DNA from: Peribolospora baueri
Lineage: Eukaryota
Assembly: GCA_029717555.1 (NCBI GenBank)
Contig: JAMDHS010000020.1
Coordinates: forward strand, 124,001-188,000
Reading direction: 5' to 3'
DNA: 64,000 bases
Position 1 is the first letter of the stretch; the number at the start of each line of letters is the position of its first letter. The notes below the pieces were generated by a model that worked only from the letters and a program-made list of their open reading frames with translations, did no database searches and was not told the origin of the DNA. The position numbers and the translations under genes were made by a program. Shown here one piece after another: positions 47,447 through 60,847 of this stretch.

Positions 47447-47707
47447 AAGGTCGTCAACGAGTTCGTGATGGTCGTCAAGAGCCTTCCGCTCGTTCGTTCG
47501 CCGGCGCTCACTGTGGACCTTGACTTCCCGACCCTGGTGATCGGACCGCAGCAGCACGTGGCGAGCTGACCGGCGCGTGCGAATCCGCAGCAAGAGTAGG
47601 GTTAAAGCGCTTTTCCCAATATCCGTGCGCTCGACGGGCACGACAGCGAGTGAGAAGGAAGAAGATAGCCAGCATTCGTTCTTTCCTTCTCATCATCGCG
47701 GCCCAGC

Positions 47708-49354
47708 ATGGCTTCCAAGGACCAAAAGGCAACGCCGCCCAAGGACGTTCCCGCAACGTCTCTCTCCGCCGCTGCGCTTGACATCGATAACGATGTGCCC
47801 ATCGCCACCGTGCAGCTGGATGGTCTCGTACGTAACTCAAACCTTCGCGTCCTTCCGTCAGGTCTTCGGGTATAGTCTCGATGCATGCTAATAGCAGACA
47901 TACGGAACATGCTGTCCTCTCGTGGTGTGGTCATTATAGGCGGTGATGAAGATCATCAAGCACAGCGCCGAAGCCCACCCTTCCGCGGCCGCCGGCACTC
48001 TCCTCGGCCTCGAACTTCAGGGAACCCTCGAAGTGTCGAATTCTTTCCCTCTCCCCACGGTGTCCAGCGGCGATGACGATGACAAGAAGCCCCGACTGAG
48101 TGAGTAGGAACGAATCATGGGATGGCGGTGGAGACGGTTAGCCAGCGGAGGTGGTTGCAGGCACCAGGTTCGGAAATTTATCTCCTCGATCTTGATCTGG
48201 TGGGACCATGGACGGTCGGATGAACTTCGTATATGGAGGATTCGCTGCATGCCACCCTGTCTTTCGAAGGGTGGAAAAGACAGGCTCTGCTGGGCATACA
48301 CACATATTGAAGACGGTCAGTGCGAAGCTCATCCGTTTCGCCCTACCTCGCCCTACCGTTTATAGACCTCCGCTACCAAAGCGATATGGTTCGTCTGCTC
48401 AAGGAGGTGAACGCAGACAACAATATTGTGGGCTTCTACCAGTCCGCTTTCCTCGGCGCCGTCTTGAATCAGTCCCTCGTCGACGCGATGGCGCAGTTCC
48501 AGAACATGTTGAAGAACAAGAGCGTCGTCGTTATTCATGGTGAGCGAGCTGACCGGATTTGCCGTTTTGCACGAGGCTCTCGGGGAATGTGGCACCGATC
48601 TGGACGTTTGCTTTCCTCTCCATATTTGAACAGACTTGGCGGAGTCGGCTCAGGGCAACGTATCGTTGCGAGCATTCCGATTGGCACCTTCGTTTGCTGA
48701 TGCTCAACGAAAAGGCAAATTCTCTACTCAGAGGTGTGTGTGCGGAACTAGGGATCAGCTTGATTTCATCGTCATCTGACTTGCCCTCTTGTCGATGTCC
48801 TTCTCAGCCTCATCGACCACAAGCTCACTTTCTCCTCCATTTTCGAGGAGATCCCTGTCCGGATTCACAACACGGCTCTCCTCAACGCCTTCCTTGCCAC
48901 CCTGACGACGCCTCCCCCAACCTCATCTCCTGTTTCACCTTCCTCCCTTCTTTCTTCCCTGCCTTCGGCGGTGCTGCCGCCCACATTCTCCTCCCTCTCC
49001 CTCAATGTTGAGCCCGTCTTGTCCTCAGCCCTCGACCACACCATCGAAGCTTTGGACGAGTACACTTCCGAAGCCGGCAACGTGGGCTTCGTTAACCGGC
49101 AGATCGCGCGCGAAAAGGCTCGCATGGAGGCCTACCTCGCCAAGCGGAAGGCTGAAAACGCTTTGAGGGAGAGCCAAGGACTGAGCAAGCTGCCGGATCA
49201 GGACGTGAGCAAGATGTTCCGCGTCCAGACCGAGCCCAGTCGGCTTCCGGGCTTGCTACTCGGAGGTCAGCTGGACGGCTATGCCAAGAGCCTCTCTGCA
49301 CAGTCCGGCACTGCAGCCGTACTTCTTCATGCTACGAAGAACGCGGCCGCTTGA
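47708..49354 (+). CDS. EIF3H: Translation initiation factor 3 subunit H (MPN domain)
   Basis: VQLDGLAVMKIIKH, GTLLGL..LEVSNSFPLP, EVNADNNIVGFYQS, VVVIHD, LTFSSIFEEIPV, EPSRL. Confidence 0.92.
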
Positions 49355-49859
49355 GGCCGACGAGCCGATAGGAGGACTGCGCGGCCGAGTGTCTTAGCTG
49401 GATAGAGCTCGGTATGAGGGCAGCCGGTTCGGCGTCGAGGCGTGCAGGCGCATGTGCAGGATTTTCGGGTACTCTGTATCATTTCTCCCGTCCGTGGAAA
49501 AGGCATTCGCCACAGCTGCGTGATCTTCCTTTGCTGCTCCCTTGTCCATCGCCGACGAGTGGTTTCCTCCTTGCCCCATAATTGGCTCTGTGAAAGAGAG
49601 GATCGTGTGTTTGATATGTGCTTCCTCGAGCTTCGATCAAGAGTGTCGAACTGATCGCTTCTGTTCTTTATAGCTAGCCGTCTCTGCTTGCTCATCCGTC
49701 ATCAGGTGAAACGACAAAGCCGTGAGCAATGCGACACGAAATCACGTTTGTCTTCCAGCTCGCCTATCAGTCTTTCGATATCCCTCCGGCATACGGCATA
49801 CGAACGGTCACAAGTGTAGTAGGGTGTAGCAGGCGCATGCCCGTTGAATGCGAAGAGCG

Positions 49860-49894
49860 AAAATAAAAAAAATAAAAATAAAAATAAAAAAAAA
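49860..49894. repeat. A-rich low-complexity tract (AAAAAT)n
   Basis: aaaataaaaaaaataaaaataaaaataaaaaaaaa in the convergent intergenic/3'UTR region. Confidence 0.7.
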
Positions 49895-50678
49895 CGCATA
49901 GAACTTGCAGCCGGTGGCCTGCAGTACTTTTCTCTTGTCCGATCCAAGCAACTGATCCCAGCAACATAAAAAAAAAAGGAAGGAAATGGAAAACAAAGCC
50001 TTCTGGCTGGGTCACGAGGAAGTGTGATGAACGTGCACGGGTGGAGCGTGCTCCGCCGTGTGAACAGTGAAGATTATTATTACTCGTCTACGCAGCTGGG
50101 AGAGTCCAATGAGGTTTCTTCTAGTATACCACAGGGTCGGTAGCGGGTGCAGTCTGGAAGACGAACTCTGGTGGAGAGACGAGTCCAAAGTATGCTCCAG
50201 AGTCAATAAACACAGCCGGCAGGGAAGAGCGGAAGCGGGGACGAAGGTGTCTTGTGTAGATCATCATGATGGGATGGGCGAGCTCGCGTCATCCTTGAGA
50301 GCGCGAATCGATGGGGGAGAACCAGCGGAGCAAAGAAGAAGATGGGACGAGTCGTTAAAGGATATGAGGACGAATCAGGTTGTACTTTGGTCATCTTGGG
50401 TCGTGAACGTCGTGATTTGTGTCGTCGAAAGTTCGTGGATCACGAGACGAGAGCGGAAAAAGTGTAGTGTGCATCCGGGGCAGACGCCGGAAATGGTCCA
50501 TTGAAAGGCCGAATCGAGAAAGAGTTGTGCGACCGACGACGGCAATGAGGTGACACAAAGGACGAATGATGATACGGGGAGAAAAAGTCCACAACGTCTA
50601 CTGCGCTCTGTGCCGAACCATTCATCCCCATGATACGTGAAGGAAACGGGTATGGACCAGGCTTCTCCACACATTTCG

Positions 50679-53656
50679 TCAAGGTTTGATATGTTGTTTG
50701 CCAGCCAAAGCGGCGCCATCCTTGACGTGCTTTCCTTTCTTTTGACTCTTTTCTTTCTTCTCCTTGCCCCTTTCCTTCCCCTTCCCGTGGCGAGAGGGGG
50801 AAGCATCGCGCGACCCAGGCGGAGATCCAGACGGGCTAAGCAACGGCGAGACGTTCCCATTCGAGCGACTGCCCGCTGACGGGAAGAAGGTTGAACGAGA
50901 GCCGGGCGTGGGAAGGGACGAGATGTCTTGACAGTTCGGTGGGGCGAACTCGCCGCATTTGACGTGGGCCCTGCCATACAGCGCGCGACGATGGAGGACG
51001 ACGGGACGAGTTGAGTCGGCATCTTTGAGGGTCAGGATGATAAATGGGCGAAAAAAGAACTCACTTGTAGGGACAATCATCGCAATCAAGGAAGGGCCTC
51101 CACCCGATTCTTTTTCCGCAATAATGACACCTCGCTAGCGCATGGTTGAACATGATAGCGGGTGGCAACCAACTTCCAGAGAAGCCTCCCTCGGAATGGG
51201 TCGAGGCGGTGTGCCCACTGGACAGGACTCCGGCCATTCCCGCCAGCGACGGCGGACGGCGCGTACCGTTCTTGATGAGGGTGAAGCGGTGGAAGAGCGC
51301 AGGAGGTTCGCGGAACTCGGAGGCGGAGGCGACAGTGCTTGCGATGGTCGCGTTGGCAAGCGAGACGTCTGAGCGGGAGCGGGCGGTCAGAAAGCTTTGA
51401 ACGGGAGAACGGCGCTCGGTCGCCGCGTTGTCGCCCTCCTCTTCCGGCTCTTCAGGAACGGTGTGTACTGAGGGATCCAGCGCGTGGCCGGCGGGAGAAA
51501 CGATGGTGTGGGTGTCGCTGGCATCCTTCTCATGCCCTTTCGAAGACCGTATTGTGATCGTCGAAGCGGCAGGATTGATGAAGCTGGAGCAAAGGTCACC
51601 TTCGCTCGCGTCTCGGAAGGGACGTGCAGTGAGGATGGAGGAGGTGCTAGAAGGCAGCGGCTGGTGCTTAGTCATGCGCACGACAGAGGTGCTGTATTCG
51701 CTGTCGCCATCCTGAGGATAGCCAACAAAGGGACGAACAGTGTCGGCTGCAAAAGGAAGAAAAAAAGGTTAAGTGGAACCGCACAAGAACTCCCGCATGA
51801 TAGAGAGATCCGGTGCCCACCGCTCGCGTCCCTCCTCACGGAAGCCGCCAACCAATTGCTGGGGATGCTAGGCAAGCTGGCATTGTCCGAATCGTCCATC
51901 CAAGGGTTCTTCTCCGCCTTGCCGAAACCCTGCTGGATGCGAACCAGATCGGCGTCGGGCACATCGATGAATCTGCGCGTGCTCGTAGCCCGAAGAGTGG
52001 CAGCGCGGCGTTCGATGGCATCCTCGTCGATGCCGAGTTTGGCGAGCGCCGCCACCGCCTCGTCCATCTCCCTGTCCTCTTCCTCGGTGCCGGTGACGTC
52101 TCCGTGCTCGTAGTCTCCCACGACGGCCACGGCTGACGCGGCGACGTTCGGGTCGCGACTCACGTCTCGGCTGTTCGGGACGTGGACGCTTCCTTCGAAA
52201 CTGGGGATGCGAGGAGGCCCGCCAGGTCGGTCCGCCTTGACGGGAGCGGCCTTGGAAGCCGTCGTCCAATTCCTTCCTCTCACACTGCCGACGTTGAAAC
52301 GCTTGCCAACGGTGCTGGAGTCGTCCGAAGCCGCCGCTGCCTCGTGCTCGTCGTACTCGATGATTTCCAGCTCAATCTCCCTCAGGCGGCGGACTACCTC
52401 GCGCATGTCCGGTCGGAGAAGAGGGTCCTCGCTGCAACAGTCCAGGGCGAGTTGGATGAAGTGTGGAGGACAGTCTGGAGAGGCCATATCGCGCACCTCG
52501 TCCGCGTCCAGGCCGAAGCCGGGCATGGTACGCCGGAAGGTGTGCTCGTCTACGAGGTGACGGGAGAGGATCTCGCAGAATATGACTCCGAGGGAGAATA
52601 TGTCCGCGGGCAGGGAAAACTCCAGACCAAGGATAATCTCGCCTGCCATATAGCCGTCGGTGCCACAATACTGCAAAGCGAGCATTTCGTCAGAGACGGG
52701 GCGGGGCGAAAGCGATATGCGAAATGGTCGCACGTGAAAGAACTGTCGGGCCAACCACTCACACTCATCCTTCGCATCTCCTCCTGATTTCTGGCGGCGA
52801 TCCTAGCGAAGCCGAAATCGCACACCTTGATGCGCTCGTTCTCAGTGATAAGCAAGTTCTCGCCCTTTAGGTCGCGGTGCAAGCAGTTGCGGGCGTGGAG
52901 GTATGCCATGGCCCGGGCAATGTCTGTGGCGAAGGACACGCGGAGACGCCAGGGGAAGGGCCGGGACTCCTAAGAGATCAACGCAAAGGAACGGCAGGCG
53001 AGTTAGACAAGATAAGGTATCATCCGGGTGAGAGATAGGAAGCTGCACACTCACATCAGCGATGAATGCGCGCAAATTGCCGCCGACGAACTCGGAGACG
53101 ATGTAAATCCGCCCGTCCGGGGACTTTGACAGGCCGATGTACTGGACGATGTTGGGGTGGCGAGCCTCCCTGAGTTCGGGTAACGGAATGTACAATACGA
53201 AGGGTACTCAGAGATCAGTTTGAGCGCCTAGACACCGCTTCAAGGAAGATCAAGTGCCACGGCGAGAGCACGAGGGGACTCACTTCATAAGTACACACTC
53301 GCGCTCGAAATACTTTTCCACGTCATAGTCTGTACTGGGTAGGACCTCTTTGATGGCTACCTGAGTGCCTAGGTATTCACCCTGAAGGAATGGGGGGAGG
53401 AGGATGGAAGATGACCACGTCACTGTCAAATTCTTCCGTCCAGTGGGTGACTTTTTCCATGTCGACGTTCAATAACGCTCCCACCTCGTTCCGGCCGGCC
53501 AGCTTCGCGGACGCTTGCTGCAGGTCCACGACGGCAAATACGCAAGCTCACCTTGTAAACGACACCGAAGCTGCCGCCTCCGATGCGAACAAACTCGCTG
53601 CTGCCGTTCGGACCGGACAGGTCGGAAAACTTGATCACGTCAAACCGATCCGTCAT
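50679..53656 (-). CDS. TKL-group LISK (LIM/TESK-like) protein kinase with C-terminal C1-like Zn finger
   Basis: GGGSFGVVYK, VAIK, HPNIVQYIG, HRDLKGENLL, CDFGFAR, CGTDGYMAGE, DIFSLG; tail CHYC..CDDC..H..C..C. Confidence 0.88.
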
Positions 53657-54503
53657 CTTCCACGGGAGTGAAAGAAGCAGAAGAGGGGAGCAGATACGGC
53701 GCGCTCAGACTGTGTGGTAAAAGCTGGTTCTATCGTCTCCGTTCGTTCAAAGCCGTTAATGGGTCGTCGCGTCTGCTGAAAGCAGGCAGCGGAAGTGATG
53801 TAAGCGGAAGTCGTTGCGAGAGGTAGGAAATGCCAACAGTTTACATTTTTCAAGCGAGTACGACGACGACAAAAAAGGCGGTGGCTCTCACCTGGCGTCG
53901 CGTCGTCGCTGCCTTGCGAGAACAGGAGCGGGGCGGTGGCCAGCAGCACAAGGCCCGTCCCGTCGCTAAGACGTCGCGGATGCGGGATTGTCAGATTATC
54001 TGCCTGCGATTAGGAACAACAAAGCCGGTTGAATCGAAGGCTGGGAGCCACTGAAGGGACGGAGCGACGTAAGCGTGCAGCAGCGACGGTGCAAGCTTGG
54101 ACCAGGGATGGCGGTGGGGTGGTGGGAAGAGGGAAAGAGGCGCGTGTGCGCTGCGAGCGAGCACGATGGCAAGCAAACAGATCCGTCCGGCTCTCCTCGG
54201 CCGAAAAGGGGACGGCGAGGGCGTTGTTAGGATGACGAACCGCTCCAAGGCCAAAGCCGGCTCTTTGGACGACGCCGGACGGGGCTCAGGGGCACACTCG
54301 GCGTGGAGAGAGTGCTGCGGCAGATGGAGCGGCTGGCGATCGCCGTCCGTAGTCGTCCCCCAAACGCTGCGGCGACGAAGCTTCACCCCGATCGTCTTCG
54401 CCTGCCAACGCTCAAGCGCGCTCCACCACCATCTCGCCTAGAACGAGGAGCAGGACACCGAGGAAAGCAGCAAACGCTAAGGACGAAGTGCAAAACGTCG
54501 AAC

Positions 54504-57500
54504 ATGACCACCGCGAACGTCCCACCTACCTCGCCTCCCACCCTCCGCCTAGACCCCTCCTCGCCCTCGTCTCCGCTCGCAACCATCGCCCTCGCCAACC
54601 ACATCTCCTCTTCTCTCCCCGTCGCCATCCAGGTCGACCTCGTGGACGATGGATCCAAACCTACGCTCGTGCTTGCCCCCGGCGGAGAGCGTATTGAGGG
54701 TTCCGCCGAGGTTATGAGGCAGCTTGCAAACATGTACGCCCAGACTCAGGCTCGGCCTTGCGGAAATGATCAGGACGAGTCTGCTCAGGTGCGTCGGCAG
54801 ACCTTGTGTCGGATGGCTCGTATTCTTGACCGACGGCCTCGAATATAATTTTTGTCCTTCAACTTCCTTCAACTCATTCGGTCCATTTCCTTGCAGGTCA
54901 ACGCATATGTCACCCTGGCCTTCCAGAACCTCTCGCCCGATACCTCGTCGGCTGATTTCGCCACCATGACCAACGCCGCCAACGACCTGGACGATCGCCT
55001 CGCCTTGCGTACCTTCTTCGTAGGAAACACGCCGACTGGGGCTGATTTTGCCATCTGGGGTGCTTTGAGAGGTGAGTTAGATCGTGCTTGTGCACCGGCG
55101 TCCCGTCGCCCTTCACCGTCGAGAGGTGAGCCCTGATTTTCTCGTTGCCCCTTTGTTACGCCGCATGGTCAACTCGCCCCAACAGGCAACCTCAAGCTCC
55201 GTGGAATTCTCAAAAAGGGTCAACACCCACACTTCTCTCGGTGGTTTGCCCATCTCGAGTCCCTTCCTGCTTGTGCAGACGCTGTCAACGCTCTCATGGC
55301 TGCCAAGAGCAACAAGGTGCGTGTGCGAGCTTTCGCTCAGGATGCAAACGTCATCATTACCAGTCCTCGAGTCATGCTTGTTTACAAACGTGGATCCCGG
55401 CGAATTTGGCACGTGTTGTGTTCTCTCTATCCCTCCATGTCCGGCACTCACAGGAGCGAAACAAGAAGGTCGCCGCGGGCTTCGAAATGGGCCTCGAGGG
55501 CGCTGTTGAGGGCGCTGTCGTGACCCGCTTCCCTCCCGAGCCTTCTGGCTACCTTCACATTGGACACGCCAAGGCGGCCATTCTGAACCAATACTTCGCA
55601 AAAGCTTACAAAGGAAAGCTGATTATCCGCTTCGACGACACGAACCCAAGCAAGGAGAAGGTGAGGCTGTCGGTGTGGATTTCGAATGTGGGTGTAGAAG
55701 GAGCGTCTTTTAAGCTTTTGATTTCCGCACCGATGATTCGCGTAGGTCGAGTTCCAAGATTCGATCTTGGAGGACCTCGAGCTTCTGGGCATCAAACCCG
55801 ATGTCGTGTCGTATACTTCGAACTACTTCGATGAGCTCTTCCGACTCGTTCATGACCTTATCAAGAAGGGCAAAGCCTACGCCGACGACACCGACCAGGC
55901 CACGGTGAGTGTCCTTCTGCGTGCACTCAATGTCCTGTTGTTTTCTTCCGCTCAGCTTGCTCCATATGGTCGCTTTCACAGATGCGCGACCAGCGCATGC
56001 ACGGCATCCCCTCCAAGCGTCGCGACGCGTCGGCTGAGGACAACCTCGTCCGCTTCGCTGATATGGCCTCCGGTGCTGAGTCTGGCAGACCATTCTGCTT
56101 GCGAGCTAAGATCTCTGTCGACGATCCCAACAAAGCAATGCGGGATCCGGTCATCTATAGGTGTAACGATACCCCTCATCATCGGATCGGGTGAGTGGGG
56201 TGTGCATCCGACCTCGGTGATGGCGTTTTATCGAGTTGGGCATACGAAATTGACCGTCGGATTTGCTGCACATCGCGTTGGCTTTCCTCCAGCACGAAGT
56301 ACAAAGTCTATCCGACGTACGACTTCGCCTGCCCCGTCGTGGACTCGCTCGAGGGCGTCACGCATGCTCTCCGTACGAACGAGTATCGCGACCGGAACCC
56401 TCAGTACTACTGGATGATTGAACAGCTCGGTCTACGCAAGGTCAACATTTGGGACTTTAGCCGCCTCAACTTTGTGTACACTCTTCTGAGCAAGCGCAAG
56501 TTGCAGTGGTTTGTCGACAATGGTCACGTTAGCGGGTGGGCCGACCCTAGGTTCCCGACCGTTCGAGGTGAGTTCCACTGGAACTCGTCTTGGACGACTC
56601 CTCGTTTGACACCGTGTTCTTCCTTCCAATTTCCTGTCGTCGCACCCCAGGCATCCGAAGACGCGGCATGACCATCGAAGCCATTCAGCAGTTCATCCTT
56701 GCCACTGGCCCCTCGCAGGCCATCCTGAACATGGAGTGGGACGCGTTCTGGACCGTCAACAAGCGCATCCTCGATCCCGTCGTGCCCAGGCACGTCGCGC
56801 TCGACAAGAAGGACCTGTGAGCTCCGCGTTCCTTATTTGCGTGTCTGTCTGAAGTGGCGGGGTGTGAATGCTTATCTGAACGATTCTGCCGCGCCGAACA
56901 GCGTCAAGGTCAACGTTCGCGGGGCGCCCGAGCTGCACGTTAAGGTCATGCCGAGGCACAAGAAGAACCCCGAGATCGGCAACAAGTCGACCGTGTTTGG
57001 CAGCGAGACGTATGTGGAACAGGCGGATGCGGTGACGTTTGAGCAGGACGAAGAGATCACGTTGATGGACTGGGGCAACGCGTTCGTCCGGGCCAAGCAC
57101 ATGTCTGCGGACGGCAAGACTGTCGAGTCGATCGACATGGACCTGCACGTCGAGGGCGACTTCAAGAAGACGAAGAAGAAGGTCACCTGGCTTTCGCCCT
57201 CTTCCGAGATGCCTCTGGCAGATATCACACTGATCGACTTTGACTACCTGATCACGAAGAAGAAGCTGGAGGAGGACGACAAGTTCGAAGACTTCCTCAC
57301 CCCGCAGACCGAGTTCCGCGTCGAGGCCAATGCGGACTACAACGTCCTGAAGCAGCTCAAGCCGGGTGACGCGATGCAGTTCGAGCGCAAGGGCTACTAC
57401 ATTCTCGACCGCGTCGAAGAGGATGCGAACGCCGTGAACGGCAAGAAGCCCATTTTCTTCAACATCCCCGACGGCAAGGCTGCCAGCTCGGCCAGCAAGG

Positions 57501-57850
57501 CTGCGGGCCTCGACCGTGGAGCGCAGACCAAGGGCAAGAAGGAGAAGAAGGAGCAGAACGGGGAGGGCAAGGGAAGCAAGGCAGACGGTGCTGGTGCCGA
57601 TGTTAAGACGAGCATGTATCGTGTCGCGCCTCATTCCGGAGATGTTGAGACGCCAGCGAAGAGTGAGTGGTAATGGATTGTTTGTCTCTTGTCTCGCCTC
57701 GTTTCGTTCTCATCCCGCCTCCCGCTTCCTCCTGTGTCATGGCCGTGCCCCTTTGCTCTTCGCTGTGCTGATCTGATGACTCACGCTGAACACCTCTCCT
57801 TTGCTCGTCTCTGCACAGCCTCGATGTACAAAGTCGCGCCCATCAGCTGA
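54504..57850 (+). CDS. GUS1: Cytoplasmic glutamyl-tRNA synthetase
   Basis: GST-like N-domain, [68 protein letters not shown]. Confidence 0.96.
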
Positions 57851-58284
57851 TGTACTTAGCTCGCGAGTGTCTTTGAGACTGAATGGGAGATGGGAAGGAT
57901 CGCGTGAAGACGCAGAAGCGCTCGATTTACGAGTCGAGAGAGTCTATACGTTTGCGTTCTTCCGTTGTTTCACAGCCGGCACGTCCATATCCACGTCGCA
58001 TAACCCTAACCGGTTGGGCTTTTCCCCACGCTCCGCCCACCCATCCGATCACGTCGAGACGTTCGGCCCCGTCACACCACAGGTCGTAGCCAGCTAGCCA
58101 TACAGACGGCCGTGCCTTGCCAACCTCGTCGTCTTCCATCCTTCCATCTACGCTCATCCTCTCTCGGCCTTTTTCATCTAAGAGCGCATCCAAGAGCGCC
58201 GCCAGCGCCTCCGAACCTTGACTTCAATCCCCTGATCCCCTCGTTCTTAGCCGCCCTCCCCACGCTTGCAGGTCCGACGCGACC

Positions 58285-60847
58285 ATGGCGTCGCCCGGCC
58301 CGGTCACCACCGCCCCCAGCGTCGCCTCCTCGAACGCGCCTTTCTCCTCGCCCTCCAAGCCCACCGAGCCCGTCTCGACGTCCCACTTGCTCTCCAACCC
58401 CAACCCAACCCCCACCGCGGGAGGATCCTCATTGCCAAGCACGTCACGGCGCTCGGCCAACCATCCTGTTTCTTCCGCTCTTTCCGGGATGGCGGCTCCT
58501 GCGGCGCTCGCGGAGGCGCGCACCAACACTGCCGTCGCTGCCACTGGGACGACTGGTGGTGGCGCTAGCGGGCAGGCGACGTTGAGCGGGGACGAACATT
58601 CGGAGGGGTACGCAGACGCGGAGGAGGCCGAGGGAGACGGCAGCGACGAGGAAGAGTTGGAGCTGGAGAGGGAGAAGATGACGGAGGAGGTGAAGAACCA
58701 AAAGGAGATGTTTAACGAGCGGACGATCAAGAGCGGTTATCTGATGAAGAAAGGAGAGAAGAGGAAGGTGAGTCTCCGTTGGCTTTGCTGAGAGGAATGA
58801 CTTCGTGCGGCCCCTCTTCCACCCCATGATGCCCATCTCCCTCAACCTTGCTCAGGCTGACGGACGGCCGCGCTCTGATCTCCCCCTTCTCGGCGCAGAA
58901 CTGGAAAAAACGGTGGTTCGTCTTGCGATCGTCCAAGCTCGGATACTATAAGAACGAAAAGGTCAGCTCTCGCTCGTCCCAGTCGCCGGTGTAGGCGGCC
59001 TGCGCTGATCTTCTACCGACTGTGGTGTTTTCTCCCGCAGGAATACCAACTCCTCCGTCTGCTCGACATGTCCGAGGTGCACACCGTAGCCGCCGTCGAG
59101 ATCAAGCGGGTCGACAACACCTTTGGCATCGTCACGCCAAAGCGAACCTACTACGTCAAAGCCAGGTCGCGGGCCGACATGGAAGAGTGGATTCATGCTC
59201 TCAACGAAGTCAAGGAGCAAATCGCTCAACGATCCACCATCACCCAGCAAGAATCCGGCGGCGACCGAGACGATGTGCCCACGTCGACGATCGGAGAGGA
59301 GCAGCATGACCCCACGACGCCAACGACGCCGATGGGCATTGCCATCCCCAGACAAGGCTTCCCGCCCAGCGCGACTCAACAGCGCGCCCCCGGAGGCCTC
59401 GGAATATCACCGCGCTCAAACCTGTCGCCCATCTCGGAGCCGACGAGCGCTTCGGGTGAGGGCGAGGAGGAGGAACATGAAATCCCGCCTTTCGGCCTTT
59501 CTTATGCCAACACGACGGCTCCGACCGGCAGCCCCGGGTCGACCTCGGTGTTGGAACGCTTGGGCGCGGCTGGTCTGGTGGGCAAGCCAGCTTCGGATTT
59601 TGGCAGTGGCGACGACCAGGCGCGTGTGCACCATCACCGAAGAGACAGCCAGCACTCAGTCCGCGGCAGTTCCGCGCCCGGAGTGGGCGGCGCTGCCGGC
59701 GCCCAGCAGCGCGGTTCAGTCTGCCATCGCTCGCCGTCGTCGGGCGGAGGACATGAACTCTCGGCCGGCTCGTCTGGTGGCGATCCCGGCTCGCCGTACG
59801 CCGGTGCATCGAGCTCGGACGAGGAAGACCTGGAGCCGATCGAGGGAGAGGAAGCGGACATCTTACCCCCTTTTTTGCCGCCTCCTTTGCAAGGCCAGGC
59901 CGGCTCAGGGGCCGAGCAGCAGAAGCAAGTCTTATCTCTGGACCCGCACAAGGTCATTATCAAGGGATACCTGATGAAGCAGAGCAGCAAGCGGAGGAGT
60001 TGGAGGAAGAGGTGGTTTGTCTTGACGAGCACCCAGCTGGCGTATATGCGGAGCCACATGGTGAGTGCTTCGGGCCGCGCGCGACCTGTTCTTTTCGTTT
60101 GGCTAGCTCTCAAAGTTGACCCGTCGTCTGTGTCGTCTACCTGCGTGAACGGCTGGTCTGAGACAGGATGCCAAACCGCATCGCCAAATCCCTCTGACAT
60201 CCATCCTTGACGCCATCGAATACGAGAGCAAGAAGGCCGCAGCCCCGCCGCTCTCCCCATCTGCCTTCACTTCCCCCCAACTGCCGCACAGCGCTGACCC
60301 TCATCATGCTGGGAGCGTCGGGGCCGCCAGCTCGAGCGCTAACGCGACCGCCTTCGGTACGTCCGTCGGCAGCTCGACCGGCATCCTGAGCGGCAGCGAA
60401 GGCGCCGCAGGACAGGGGGGCCCGGGCGTGGGGCACAAGAGAAAAAAGGAAAACTGCTTCAAGATCATCACCCCCAAGCGGACGTTCCTCCTTTGCGCCC
60501 CGACGGAGGAAGAGGAGATCAAGTGGCTCTCCGCCCTTCAGACTCTGCTTCGTCGAGAAAGGGCCGCTCTGGGACCTGCGACGCCGGTGGCCGCTCCCCC
60601 CGGCAAGTCAACCTCTGCCCACACGCAGTCGCCGCAGCTCGCCAATCCGAGCGGGGCGGCGTTGGCGAGTGGCGCCGCGGGCACTCGACCGGCACCGACG
60701 GCTGAGGCATTCCAGCTCAAGCTGCCTACCATCCACAGCCCCACCTCGCCGACGTCGGGCGGCGGCACGGGCGGCGGCGGCGGTGCCCCTTCGCCCACCG
60801 AGGGGCGGGGACCTTCGTTCGCGCAACACCCCCCGAATCTGTCGTGA
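58285..60847 (+). CDS. Tandem pleckstrin-homology domain protein (Opy1-like)
   Basis: Two PH domains: IKSGYLMKKGEKRK|NWKKRWFVLR..WIHAL and IIKGYLMKQSSKRRSWRKRWFVL..FKIITPKRTFLLCAPTEEEEIKWLSAL. Confidence 0.85.

Noticed and set aside
50024..50065. GTGATGA followed by a GC hairpin
   Set aside because: No matching D box or other structure; compatible with chance in a UTR
56756..57634. 292-aa minus-strand ORF
   Set aside because: Antisense shadow of a GluRS exon
59123..59974. 283-aa alternative-frame ORF in the PH-domain gene
   Set aside because: R/S/P-rich off-frame reading of a GC-rich exon
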